Source: a virus
Lineage: Duplodnaviria > Caudoviricetes
Virus record (IMG/VR): IMGVR_UViG_3300005512_000272
Span: 1 to 27,257 of that record
DNA length: 27,257 nt
Strand: one strand, 5' to 3'
The notes below the pieces were generated by a model. The model was not told the origin of the DNA and ran no database searches. It was given only the letters and a program-made list of their open reading frames with translations. How positions within the stretch are numbered: the first letter of the stretch is position 1; each line of letters starts with the position of its first letter. The position numbers and the translations under genes were made by a program. Below are positions 1 to 9,604 of this stretch, piece after piece.

Positions 1-380
1 TTAATAATAGGTTTAAGCAAAGAAACAAGTTTTTTAAAAACTGCAGTAGCTGTAAGGGTGGCCGCAACAGACACAGTTGCTGTACTTACGGCAGTAACCA
101 GGATTTCTTGACTAGGAACGGGTACCTGCTTATCTAAAACAGGCACCGTCACATAGTCCATCTCTGGTGCTTTAGGTGTATTGGTTGTAGGTGTATTTGG
201 TTGCTTGCCTTCTAACGGCTCACCTTTGACTCCAGGAGGCGCTCTAAGGGTGCTAGGAGGCACCACAATGGGCTTGTAACTAGGTACATGAGCATCTGGT
301 ACCTCCAATATTGGAACCGGCAAATTAAGCGGTTCTGGAAGGGCCATATAAGGAAGCGCAGGTGGCTCCCCTAAATCCAT
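1..380 (-). CDS. Proline-rich putative membrane protein, 3' end runs off the window
   Basis: Hand translation from ATG at 380: MDLGEPPALPYMALPEPLNLPVPILEVP...ILVTAVSTATVSVAATLTATAVFKKLVSLLKPII. No stop before base 1. TAATG overlap with the upstream gene. Not in the ORF track. Confidence 0.8.
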   Translation of the reverse strand, partial: MDLGEPPALPYMALPEPLNLPVPILEVPDAHVPSYKPIVVPPSTLRAPPGVKGEPLEGKQPNTPTTNTPKAPEMDYVTVPVLDKQVPVPSQEILVTAVSTATVSVAATLTATAVFKKLVSLLKPII

Positions 381-547
381 TAGAGCTTAGGTGCTGGGAA
401 CAAACCGTTGCGAATAAACTCAACGGCTTTGTCATCGACTTCATTATCGGTTTGCTCAGCCAGTTTGGTGAGCATGTCAACGATAAGAAGTTTTACTTTG
501 TCAGAGTTCAGAAAGCTGAACAGTAGTGGACGGATAAGGGTGATCAT
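380..547 (-). CDS. Small hypothetical phage protein (55 aa)
   Basis: Hand translation: MITLIRPLLFSFLNSDKVKLLIVDMLTKLAEQTDNEVDDKAVEFIRNGLFPAPKL*. Fills the gap and is coupled by TAATG to the next gene. Confidence 0.85.
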   Translation of the reverse strand: MITLIRPLLFSFLNSDKVKLLIVDMLTKLAEQTDNEVDDKAVEFIRNGLFPAPKL

Positions 548-552
548 AATTT

Positions 553-792
553 TTAAAGGGTAGGGTTTAGTTGTGCGATTGCCGATAAAATTTTAAATGC
601 TTCAACTGGATCTTCAGGAAGTACCATTGGTGTTGAAGGTTGAATCGTTGGAACTGAAGGCATGGTGTAAAGCGATGGATCATCATCTACAACTTGTTGG
701 CCTTCATTTAATGCAATATCAGACGGTGAATCAGCAACCACACGGTTGACATAAACACCGTTTTCATCAGTGATTACATAATGATGAGACAT
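553..792 (-). CDS. Small acidic protein after the tail fibre, possible fibre accessory or chaperone (79 aa)
   Basis: ORF in operon orientation directly after the fibre gene. Function inferred from position only. Confidence 0.7.
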   Translation of the reverse strand: MSHHYVITDENGVYVNRVVADSPSDIALNEGQQVVDDDPSLYTMPSVPTIQPSTPMVLPEDPVEAFKILSAIAQLNPTL

Positions 793-826
793 ATTTTCTA
801 TTAGGAATAAAATAACTTAAGCAATT

Positions 827-3800
827 TTACCAAGAATAAACAAGGCAATAACCGTTTCCGCCAGTGCCGCCGTTTCCGCCAGTGCCGCTGGCCTGTACAA
901 CGCTGCCACCACCACCACCACCGGCAGCAACGCCGCCATTGCCACCTGTCATGACAACTGATGAGGCGCCAGATCTCCCTGCTCCCCCGTTACCACTTTG
1001 GAATTTGTTGCTTGCATTTGCGCCGGCATTGGAATTGACAGCCCCAGCATTTGCACCGTACAAAGCACTGACTGAGTTATTGCCAGTGGAATGGAGCTCA
1101 GCAAACATGCCTTGAGCTCCCAGGCCCTGGTCTAGGTTGGTCCCATTTGTGTAATCGACCAGACCCCCACCGTTACCCCCAGCAGCGGGCAAATTAGTTG
1201 AAGCTGCGCCATGGCCTTGATAAAAAGCACCTGTTGATACTGGGTAAGCAAATTCAATCCACGTGGCAAATAGCTGCCCCGGAAGCCTTAATGCTGCATC
1301 AATTGCCGCGGGGAAGTTATAGGCACTTTCTACGCTTGAACCTTTAATTTGAAATGCGTTAGGCACAAGCACAGCAGCGGGTCCACCCATTCCACCTTTT
1401 GCAACAAGAGTGCCAAAAGAGCTGTTACCGCCGGCTGTGCCGTGGTTGTAAGTGGTGGTACTGCTTGTGCCATTTCCACCGCTACCGCCGGCGCCAATAG
1501 TGACGGAAACAGTAGACCCAAGATCACTAGCCTCAAATCTGTATTTAACAAAACCCCCACCGCTGCCACCGCCAGAGCGAAGAAAATTAGGACCGGCAAA
1601 ACCGCCTGTTATTGACCCACCAGACGTGCCACCGCCACCGCCACCGCCACCGGCTCCAAACACCCAAACCTCAACGATTGAGCAGCCAGATGGCTTAGTC
1701 CAAGTGCCACTGCTTGTGAACTCTTGAACGTCAGCACTACCGCCACCACTTGCAGCGGACCATGCATAATCACTGCCGTTCCATGTAAGTGAATCACCGC
1801 TTGATGCACTTGAAGTGTTTAGGTGAGAGTCAACACTACTGTTTGTATAAGCAGCAGGGATAGTTGGTTTATTGCTTAGGTTATTATAATTGGAATAATA
1901 AGAACCATGCTGGCCGTCAAGTTTATCTGCATCTAACCCTGACCCAGCACCATCATTTCCGGCGTGCCATGCAGTATTTCCACTAATCTGAACTGCGCCA
2001 CTGCCAGAATTTAATTTTAGTGTGTAATTAGCTGCGGTTTCAATAGTTCCATCAGTATGAAGTTTCAGACAATCAGCAGTATTAGTTCCATGAATTGAAA
2101 CATAGTCTCCGTTTGCATTGTCATCTGATGGGGCTAAATGGATAATACCTTCATTAATTTCAACACCAGCATCATCAGCCCTAGTTTCATGCATGATGAA
2201 ACCAGGGTCATTAGAACCGTTAGGACCGCTAAAATGAATGTATCTCTTATCGGTATTGCCAGAAAAAGTATCTCCAATTTGAGCAGTACCTGACTCGCAA
2301 TACATCCTCATGTAGTTGTCAGTATCACTACCATTCCTGATTTCAAAATAGTTTGAAGAGCTTGCAGCGTTAATACTTAAAGTAGTTGATGTGAAAACAT
2401 CGGAAGCATCAGACCTTAAGAAACTTGATGCTTGAATACCATCAACAGTGTCTGCATCTAGACCAGAACCTGTGCCATCGTTACCAGCGTGCCATACGGT
2501 GCTGCCATTGTATTGAAGAGTCCCGCTATTGTTACAGCCAAGTTTTTCAGTTCTGTCTCCAAAAGCGATATATCCTTGATTACTTTGTTGGGCACCTTTA
2601 ATTCTTATTGCGTTTGCAGCGTTGTAATCTTCAATCCATGCGTCATCTCCAATACGAACTTGATCAGATAATAGTAAGTTTCCTGATATTGTTAATTGAC
2701 CTGTGAACGTATCATTCGTATCAGACCGCAGAAAACTGGCGCTATCAATTCCGTCAAGCGTTGCCGCATTACCACCGTCTGCTGAGGTGATGTAGCCAGC
2801 GCCATTTGTAAGCTGATTATTGTTAGTCGGAATTGTTGGCTTGTTGAGGATTGCAGCATCCCCTGAACTTGCATTCCAGTCTGACTGAACGTTTACTTCA
2901 GCACCTGCAGCGATACCAGCTAGCTTGGTTTGTTCGGCGTCAGAAAATTCATTCGTATTTGCGTTACTTTCATACGCTGTTTTAATTTCTGCAGCTGTCT
3001 GATCAGCAGTAGCTCCAGCTTCAATACCATTTAGCTTAGATTTATCACTGCTAGACATTGTTCCTGCTGCTGATGTTGTAGCAGCAGAAATAGAAATAGC
3101 AGGTGTAGATGTGCCGTTAGTAACGCTGATAGGGCTGATACCAGAAACACTGGTAACAGTGCCACTACCACTAGCACTAATTTGTGTGTCTACATATCCT
3201 TTAGTTGAAGCATCAGTAGACGCAGTAGGTGTGCCAAGACCAGTAATCTTGTTGGAACTCATCGCAATGGCACCAGTCATCGTCCCACCAGCAAGCGGAA
3301 GCTTTTCGCCAATACTGGTTGCTATTGTTGTAGAGAAGTTAGCGTCATCCCCTAGCGCTGCAGCCAACTCATTAAGAGTATCAAGAGCCGCAGGCGCTGA
3401 GTCAACTACACTTGCTACTTGGTTATCGACATAGCTTTTAACTGATTGTTGTGTAGGAACCTTGCTAGGACTGTTGCTACTCATGTTGTCTTCATCAACA
3501 ACAAAACTCATGCTTGCAGTAGAGGTGTCACTGTTCATAACAGCGCCAGCAGCATTTACATTTGTTGCATCAGTAACATCGGCACCAGTTTCAATGCCTG
3601 CTAATTTAGTTTGTTCAGCATCAGAAAACTCATTAGTGTTTGAATTACTCTCATATAAAGATTTGATTTCTGCAGCGGTTTGATCAGCAGTAGCACCCGA
3701 TTCAATCCCATCAAGTTTGTTGTGATGGGTAGTTGACATTAATCCGGCAATAGAGCCACTTGCCTCAGCGACAGTAATATTGGAACCAGTACTAGATGTA

Positions 3801-5266
3801 ATAGTGAGAGAGCTTGCACCAGTTGTCTGACCTAAGTTAGTTGCTACGTTGACTTCTGCGCCTGCAGCAATACCATTTAATTTAGTATGATCAGCATCAG
3901 TAAAGACGTTGGAGTCAGTAGCAGACTCTACAAGTGTTCTGATTTCAGCTGCAGTTTGGTCAGCAGTCGCTCCAGCCTCAACCCCTGTTAGTTTAGTTTT
4001 TTCAGCATCAGTAAAGACGTTGGAGTCAGTAGCAGACTCTACAAGTGTTCTGATTTCAGTTGCAGTCTGATCTGCAGTTGCATTAGCTTCAATGCCGTTA
4101 AGCTTAGTATGATCTGCATCAGTGAAAACATTAGAGTCAATAGCAGACTCCACAAGCGTTCTAATTTCAGCTGCAGTTTGGTCAGCAGTCGCTCCAGCCT
4201 CAATCCCTGTTAGCTTAGTCTTTTCAGCATCAGTAAACGCATTAGTGTCAGCGTTCGATTCATAGGCAGTTTTGATTTCAGTATCCGTCTGATCAGCAGT
4301 CGCTCCAGCCTCAACCCCTGTTAGCTTAGTTTTCTCAGCGTCAGTAAACGCATTAGTGTTAGCGTTGGATTCATAGGCAGTTTTGATTTCAGCATCCGTC
4401 TGATCAGCAGTAGCACCCGATTCAATCCCTGTTAGCTTAGTTTTCTCAGCGTCAGTAAACGCATTAGTGTTAGCGTTTAATTCATAAGCAGTTTTGATTT
4501 CTGCATTTGTTTGATCTGCAGTAGCTCCGGTTTCAATTCCTGATAGCTTAGTTTTCTCAGCGTCAGTGTATGCATTGGTGTTACTGTTGCTTTCATACGC
4601 AGATTTAATTTCGGCCGCCGTTTGATCACCAGTGGCACCAGCTTCAATTAGATCTAGCTTTGCACCATCAACTGACAAATCACGTCCGTCAACAGTTTCA
4701 GTACCTGACATGACAATATTGCCAGTCATAGTCCCACCAGCAAGCGAAAGCTTGGTAGCAATATTGTTGGTTACAGTTGTAGCAAAATTAGCATCATCAC
4801 CAATAGCAGCAGCTAGCTCATTAAGTGTATCTAATGCGCCAGGAGCAGAGTCGATTAGCCCTGCTACTTGATTATCAACATAACTTTTGACTGACTGTTG
4901 TGTAGGGATCTTTGTATCTGAATCAGAAGACATATTGTCTTCATCAATAATCAGATCTACTGAATCCCAACTTCCACTGTTGTATTGGAGAAGTTCTCCG
5001 TCAGCCCAACCGCTAGAAGCGGCTTGAACTACGTTTGAATTATCAGGAATGTTTGAAGCATCCCACTTTTCACCATCCCATGTATAGGTGGCTCCACCTG
5101 TAAAAGATTTGGTAGAGCCATTGTTCATTACCCACAATGTGCCGTTGTAGGTATATGTGTAACTGTTTGCGGTTGCAGTGTCACCAGAGCTAGGTGATCC
5201 TGGCCAAGAGTTTTGTGAAACACCGTCCGCAACAGTGTATTTACTAGTTGGAAAGTCAATTGCCAT
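827..5266 (-). CDS. Second long tail fibre / receptor-binding protein (1479 aa)
   Basis: Two APxALDTLNELAAAxGDDANF...LAGGTMTG modules, 37-aa repeats, WHAGNDGxGSGLDAD linkers and a C-terminal Gly-rich domain starting FTSSGTWTKPSG. All are typical of phage fibres. Confidence 0.85.
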   Translation of the reverse strand: MAIDFPTSKYTVADGVSQNSWPGSPSSGDTATANSYTYTYNGTLWVMNNGSTKSFTGGATYTWDGEKWDASNIPDNSNVVQAASSGWADGELLQYNSGSWDSVDLIIDEDNMSSDSDTKIPTQQSVKSYVDNQVAGLIDSAPGALDTLNELAAAIGDDANFATTVTNNIATKLSLAGGTMTGNIVMSGTETVDGRDLSVDGAKLDLIEAGATGDQTAAEIKSAYESNSNTNAYTDAEKTKLSGIETGATADQTNAEIKTAYELNANTNAFTDAEKTKLTGIESGATADQTDAEIKTAYESNANTNAFTDAEKTKLTGVEAGATADQTDTEIKTAYESNADTNAFTDAEKTKLTGIEAGATADQTAAEIRTLVESAIDSNVFTDADHTKLNGIEANATADQTATEIRTLVESATDSNVFTDAEKTKLTGVEAGATADQTAAEIRTLVESATDSNVFTDADHTKLNGIAAGAEVNVATNLGQTTGASSLTITSSTGSNITVAEASGSIAGLMSTTHHNKLDGIESGATADQTAAEIKSLYESNSNTNEFSDAEQTKLAGIETGADVTDATNVNAAGAVMNSDTSTASMSFVVDEDNMSSNSPSKVPTQQSVKSYVDNQVASVVDSAPAALDTLNELAAALGDDANFSTTIATSIGEKLPLAGGTMTGAIAMSSNKITGLGTPTASTDASTKGYVDTQISASGSGTVTSVSGISPISVTNGTSTPAISISAATTSAAGTMSSSDKSKLNGIEAGATADQTAAEIKTAYESNANTNEFSDAEQTKLAGIAAGAEVNVQSDWNASSGDAAILNKPTIPTNNNQLTNGAGYITSADGGNAATLDGIDSASFLRSDTNDTFTGQLTISGNLLLSDQVRIGDDAWIEDYNAANAIRIKGAQQSNQGYIAFGDRTEKLGCNNSGTLQYNGSTVWHAGNDGTGSGLDADTVDGIQASSFLRSDASDVFTSTTLSINAASSSNYFEIRNGSDTDNYMRMYCESGTAQIGDTFSGNTDKRYIHFSGPNGSNDPGFIMHETRADDAGVEINEGIIHLAPSDDNANGDYVSIHGTNTADCLKLHTDGTIETAANYTLKLNSGSGAVQISGNTAWHAGNDGAGSGLDADKLDGQHGSYYSNYNNLSNKPTIPAAYTNSSVDSHLNTSSASSGDSLTWNGSDYAWSAASGGGSADVQEFTSSGTWTKPSGCSIVEVWVFGAGGGGGGGGTSGGSITGGFAGPNFLRSGGGSGGGFVKYRFEASDLGSTVSVTIGAGGSGGNGTSSTTTYNHGTAGGNSSFGTLVAKGGMGGPAAVLVPNAFQIKGSSVESAYNFPAAIDAALRLPGQLFATWIEFAYPVSTGAFYQGHGAASTNLPAAGGNGGGLVDYTNGTNLDQGLGAQGMFAELHSTGNNSVSALYGANAGAVNSNAGANASNKFQSGNGGAGRSGASSVVMTGGNGGVAAGGGGGGSVVQASGTGGNGGTGGNGYCLVYSW
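3860..4636 (-). repeat. Seven tandem 111-nt (37-aa) coding repeats
   Basis: Unit ATADQTxxEI(K/R)Txx(E)SxxxxNxFTDA(EK/DH)TKLxGxExG. Period is 111 nt (tcagcatcagtaaagacg at 3891 and 4002). Two further dispersed copies lie at about 3584-3694 and 2903-3013. Confidence 0.95.
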
Positions 5267-5268
5267 AG

Positions 5269-8200
5269 TTATTCCTTAATGATTGCCATAAGTGCGATGT
5301 TTGTTGGACGGGTTTCATCTGCCGTACGTGGAGTACCAAACGATCCGTTAGTAATTGGTGCGCCAACAGTTGTCGTAGTAGTCACAGAACCTGTGTTACC
5401 ACCACGCTGTGCGTTAGCAACAATTGGACCAGAAGGGATGTTTTGGTTTGGACCGTTTTGTGTAGCAGTTGTGCTGCTAGAGCTAGACGCTGAGTGAGCG
5501 TGACCCTGCATAGCATCAAGCTGTGGGGTTCCATTAATGCCACGGCCTGGGTCAATACCACGACCGTTGTCCCAACCACGAATAAATTGACCGCGAAGGT
5601 CAGGCACATTAAAGTTACCGCCACCACCACCAAACGTAGTGCTGATAACTCCATACAAAGTTGCTTTGGCAGTAGCGCTGTAAGAAGCACCATCACACTC
5701 AAGCCAGCCAGAAGGAGCAGTAGATCCTGCATACCATTGAATTGTTCCAACAGGAACACCAGTAGAAGTAGCAGCAATCGTTGTTTCACCAGCAGTGTTA
5801 GTCAGTGAAATACCAGTACCAGCTTTGATCTCCACTTCATCATCAGTACCGTCTGAGCCAGACAAACGGATACGGAAAGCTGTATTCGCATCATTAGGAC
5901 CACCAGTCAAATCATAGGTGGTTTCAGTGTCCCAAGACAGCTGATCACTACCATTAGTCTTCAGGTATTGATTAGCCGTACCGACAGTAGTTGGTAGTTT
6001 TAGTGTCCAACTATTACCAGTGTCAGGGGGTAGAAGCTGATAAGCAAACGTACTACGACCCCAAGTAAAGCCTTGTCCGTTTTTAGAAACAACTTCACCA
6101 GTGCCGTTAGGATTTAGGTCAATATTATTATTACTAGTAGTTCTAATATCAAACCCAGTAACATCCAAGTTTGCACCCAGTTGAGGACTCAGATCAGCAG
6201 CAAGAGATTCGAGGTAAGTACTAGTTGCAGATCCATCACCAGCAAGGTTAGGAATACGTGATGCACTAAACGTACCAGACGTAATCTTTACAGCGCTTAG
6301 GTTTGGTATCTTTGCAATATCAATTACAGGTAACTTTGCATTAGTTAGAGTAGGGATTCGAGCAAGGTCGAACGTACCAGTAGTAATCTGAGCCGTATCT
6401 AGGTTTGGAATACGCGCTACATCAAACGTACCACTTGTGATCTTAGTAGTAGCAAGACTTGGAATCCTTGCATCTGTAAAGGTGCCACTGGTTATATCTG
6501 ATGTATCAAGTGCAATTGGAATATTCTGTGCACCTGTGATACGACCATAAGTGTCGATACTAACTTCTACTGAATGCGTTGAGTTGCCATATGTACCAGC
6601 AGTAACAGCTGTATTATCAAGTGCCAGCGTACCGGAAGTGGTGATGGTTCCACCTATTAGACCAGTACCAGCAGAAACGCTAGTTACAGTGCCTTGTCCT
6701 GTTCCAGCTTGCTGTGGTGCAAAGTGAACCCACTGGGAAGAATTGCCATCGTTGTAGTAGATGTATGACTCACCAGTAGTTGTATCCCAGTACAAGTCAC
6801 CAGCATTTACACCAGTAGTGGGTGGGTTAGCGGCAATGTAAACCTGTGCATTGGCGCTGGTAGGAGACGAGATTGTAAATTGACCATCATTCGCAACAGA
6901 AATCTGACTTCCTGTTCCGGCAAGGAGTTTGACTTGATCAACAGTACTGTTAACTGTATCAGTCAGTTTTAAAATGGCATCATTGCCATCTGCTTCAACA
7001 GTATATGTATAAGAAGGGTTTGCTTGACCAGCTGTGGCTGCAGTAACTCGCCCCTTATCATCGAAAGTAATAGACGCAGGGTTTGCAACAGTAGCTGCAG
7101 TTACTTTGTCTGGCAGCCTGGCATCAGCAAGTGTTCCACTAGTCAGTTTTGACGTATCTAAGCCAGGGATTCTTGCATCATCAAAGGAACCAGTTGTAAC
7201 CTTAGACGCATCCAAAGGAGCTACTCGTGCAGCATCTAATGTTCCACTTGTGATGTTATCAGCATTAGTGGTGTCAGTTGTAGCAGAAAGGCTTAATGCC
7301 GTTCCTTTATACTTAACCTCATTGCCATCAGTTGAAACTTCTAATGGTCCAACTTTAAACTTACCGTTATGGTCTGTACTAGATACATAGACCTTACCAT
7401 TGTTTAGGTCTTTAATCTGGTTAGCTTCAACTGCTTGTCCACCTTTATCTGGAAGTGCCAGATAGTTTGTTCCAGAGCCAGCAAACTCGAATACATGTCC
7501 ACCAGTCGTAATAATAGAACGCAGGAAGAACTTTAAAGTGGTTGATGCATTAACAGCCTTTGTTAACGCACTTGCAAGTGTAATAGTTTTAGAAGTACCG
7601 CTAGTGACCGTAACTGAATCAATGGGAATCAATTCAGTTGTTGTATCAGCATAGGTAATTTCGACCAGCATATGGTCGTTAGGGTCAGGGTTAGATCTAC
7701 CCCTAAAAGAAGTACTGGACTGACCAACTTCAATTTGTGTATCACCAGCGCTATAAGCTACTGCTGCAGTGTTGGCTTGGAAGATTTCAGCTGATTTACC
7801 ATCAGCAATCAGACCATACCTACCGAAGTCAGTCACACAATTACTCATGTTGATCATGCCACCGTTTAACGCCTTGGCGTGGTAGTGACAGAACGTACCA
7901 AATGTACTTACAAGTTGTGCGTAGCCAGCGTTGGTTACAAGGCAACCAGGACCATCTAAAGTGATAAAGGTGAATGAATCGGTGACAATCGAACGGATTG
8001 GACTTGTGCTAGCAGGAACACTGCCGTCAACCACCATGCCCCCGCCTGTAGGTGCAGATGTTTCGTCACCAGCAAAACCAGGCTGAGCAGCATTTAGATT
8101 TGGATCAAAGGATGTGTTATCAATTGCAGAGTCAGCAAACGCCGTAACGTTTTGGATAAACGGACTCTTAAAGAAGTTAATTGCGTTACCAGCCCCATCG

Positions 8201-9591
8201 TCATCTGATAAGGCGACATACCAACCTTGTGTGGCAGCAATACCATACGTTGAGTCAGGATCAAGCGAGTTACCACCACGTGTGCCACTTGCTTTGATAC
8301 CAGCCCAAGTCATGTTGGCAAGGTACGTACCTGTGCCAGTTTTCCACATAGTGTTGGTTTCAGTAGCCGGAGTTGGGTGTACAAAAACACTCCGCTGGGA
8401 TAAACCAACAACCGAAACATTCTTTTTAGGACCAAGATCAATTGGGCAAATTTCCTGATAAACACCAGGCTGCACAAAGATCATGTCACCATCACTAGCG
8501 CTAGCTACAGCGGCTTTGATGGTCTGCATTGGGCTGATAACACGATGACCATCAAAGGCATCATTACCATTAGCAGCATCAACCCAAATCAGTTTTGGCT
8601 GAGTCGTGAATGTACCGCCACTTGCAATTCCAATCCAACCTGTACCGTTCCAAACAGCTAAATATTTGTCATTGGTATCATCAAACCAGAACTGACCAAT
8701 TTGGTGATCAGTACCGACAGGTGCACCACTTTGTACATAGTTATCATGGCGTGCAATAATTGCAGCCATGGTTGGAATCTTTGTATCATCAGACACGTAT
8801 GCAGATGGATAATTCCCATCGTCAGCATCTTGCTCTGCTTTGTTTACAATGTCTGCATCTTTGATCTTGGAAAAATCAACAGAGTTATCATGTAGACCAA
8901 TAGTGATCTGACCAGCACCAGGGCTGTTGTCAGTAACTTTTACACCATCTGCTTCATGTACATCTACAGTCAACAGTGCATCGTTCTTGTCGTCGATGTA
9001 CTTAGTAACTGCACTGGTAGTAGCAACCGTTAAGTCATCATTAGGCCACTTAGTAGCACTTGGTTCTGAGTCATACTCAGCACCCGTACGAGTCTCTGCT
9101 TTTACATCAAAGAAAAACTTACGGACCCAGCCGTGGCTTGCTGCATCATCATTATCTGCAGCGTTGGGATCTTCAGTTGAGGTGTACTCATCTTTCAGGT
9201 TCTTAAGCCGATTGCCTCCGACATCAATGTCACCAGCAATCGCGTTCTCTCCGTAACGGTTGAGAGAGTGGTTCTCAATCTCTTGTACAGAAAAGAGAAC
9301 CTGATCGTGGTTGTCATTGAGATCTTGGGAGCGAATAGCTGAGCCAGGAAAGTAGGTAGCTTTTGCAGCTGATGTGTCAGTGTCGCGGAATAAGCGAACA
9401 GTATCCCCACTTGTAGGAAGCTTGCCTGCGTTAAACGCAATGGTAGTGTCGTCAGTAAATGTGTAATCGTTGCCTGTTCCTTCAGTTTTTAGAACGTTGT
9501 TAACCGTTACCTTAACATCAGTTCTCTCTTGATATTCAAATGTAATTGTATACGTTGCCGGAGCTGTATACGATTTTTCAGTTGTTGCCAT
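5269..9591 (-). CDS. Tail fibre protein with T7 gp17-like N-terminal anchor (1440 aa)
   Basis: N-terminus YTITFEY..DVKVTVNN...RDTD...ATYFPGSAIRSQDLNDN resembles the T7 fibre N-domain and follows gp16. C-terminal tail-collar motif VPVGTIQWYAG..APSGWLECDG...FNVPDLRGQFIRGWD. Confidence 0.92.
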   Translation of the reverse strand: MATTEKSYTAPATYTITFEYQERTDVKVTVNNVLKTEGTGNDYTFTDDTTIAFNAGKLPTSGDTVRLFRDTDTSAAKATYFPGSAIRSQDLNDNHDQVLFSVQEIENHSLNRYGENAIAGDIDVGGNRLKNLKDEYTSTEDPNAADNDDAASHGWVRKFFFDVKAETRTGAEYDSEPSATKWPNDDLTVATTSAVTKYIDDKNDALLTVDVHEADGVKVTDNSPGAGQITIGLHDNSVDFSKIKDADIVNKAEQDADDGNYPSAYVSDDTKIPTMAAIIARHDNYVQSGAPVGTDHQIGQFWFDDTNDKYLAVWNGTGWIGIASGGTFTTQPKLIWVDAANGNDAFDGHRVISPMQTIKAAVASASDGDMIFVQPGVYQEICPIDLGPKKNVSVVGLSQRSVFVHPTPATETNTMWKTGTGTYLANMTWAGIKASGTRGGNSLDPDSTYGIAATQGWYVALSDDDGAGNAINFFKSPFIQNVTAFADSAIDNTSFDPNLNAAQPGFAGDETSAPTGGGMVVDGSVPASTSPIRSIVTDSFTFITLDGPGCLVTNAGYAQLVSTFGTFCHYHAKALNGGMINMSNCVTDFGRYGLIADGKSAEIFQANTAAVAYSAGDTQIEVGQSSTSFRGRSNPDPNDHMLVEITYADTTTELIPIDSVTVTSGTSKTITLASALTKAVNASTTLKFFLRSIITTGGHVFEFAGSGTNYLALPDKGGQAVEANQIKDLNNGKVYVSSTDHNGKFKVGPLEVSTDGNEVKYKGTALSLSATTDTTNADNITSGTLDAARVAPLDASKVTTGSFDDARIPGLDTSKLTSGTLADARLPDKVTAATVANPASITFDDKGRVTAATAGQANPSYTYTVEADGNDAILKLTDTVNSTVDQVKLLAGTGSQISVANDGQFTISSPTSANAQVYIAANPPTTGVNAGDLYWDTTTGESYIYYNDGNSSQWVHFAPQQAGTGQGTVTSVSAGTGLIGGTITTSGTLALDNTAVTAGTYGNSTHSVEVSIDTYGRITGAQNIPIALDTSDITSGTFTDARIPSLATTKITSGTFDVARIPNLDTAQITTGTFDLARIPTLTNAKLPVIDIAKIPNLSAVKITSGTFSASRIPNLAGDGSATSTYLESLAADLSPQLGANLDVTGFDIRTTSNNNIDLNPNGTGEVVSKNGQGFTWGRSTFAYQLLPPDTGNSWTLKLPTTVGTANQYLKTNGSDQLSWDTETTYDLTGGPNDANTAFRIRLSGSDGTDDEVEIKAGTGISLTNTAGETTIAATSTGVPVGTIQWYAGSTAPSGWLECDGASYSATAKATLYGVISTTFGGGGGNFNVPDLRGQFIRGWDNGRGIDPGRGINGTPQLDAMQGHAHSASSSSSTTATQNGPNQNIPSGPIVANAQRGGNTGSVTTTTTVGAPITNGSFGTPRTADETRPTNIALMAIIKE
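6246..6495 (-). repeat. 18-aa fibre shaft repeats (ITSGTFxxARIPxL), second block
   Basis: About 4-5 units visible in the translation; boundaries approximate. Confidence 0.8.
7110..7255 (-). repeat. 18-aa fibre shaft repeats, first block
   Basis: ITSGTLDAARVAPLDASK VTTGSFDDARIPGLDTSK LTSGTLADARLP; boundaries approximate. Confidence 0.8.
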
Positions 9592-9604
9592 TGATTACAT
9601 GGTG

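Noticed and set aside
852-888. 18-nt tandem duplication ccgtttccgccagtgccg
   Set aside because: Simply encodes the Gly-rich GTGGNG repeat.
3860-4636. Repeat array as CRISPR or DGR template/variable repeat
   Set aside because: In-frame coding repeats with no unique spacers and no adenine-specific variation pattern noticed; no reverse transcriptase or cas gene in the window.
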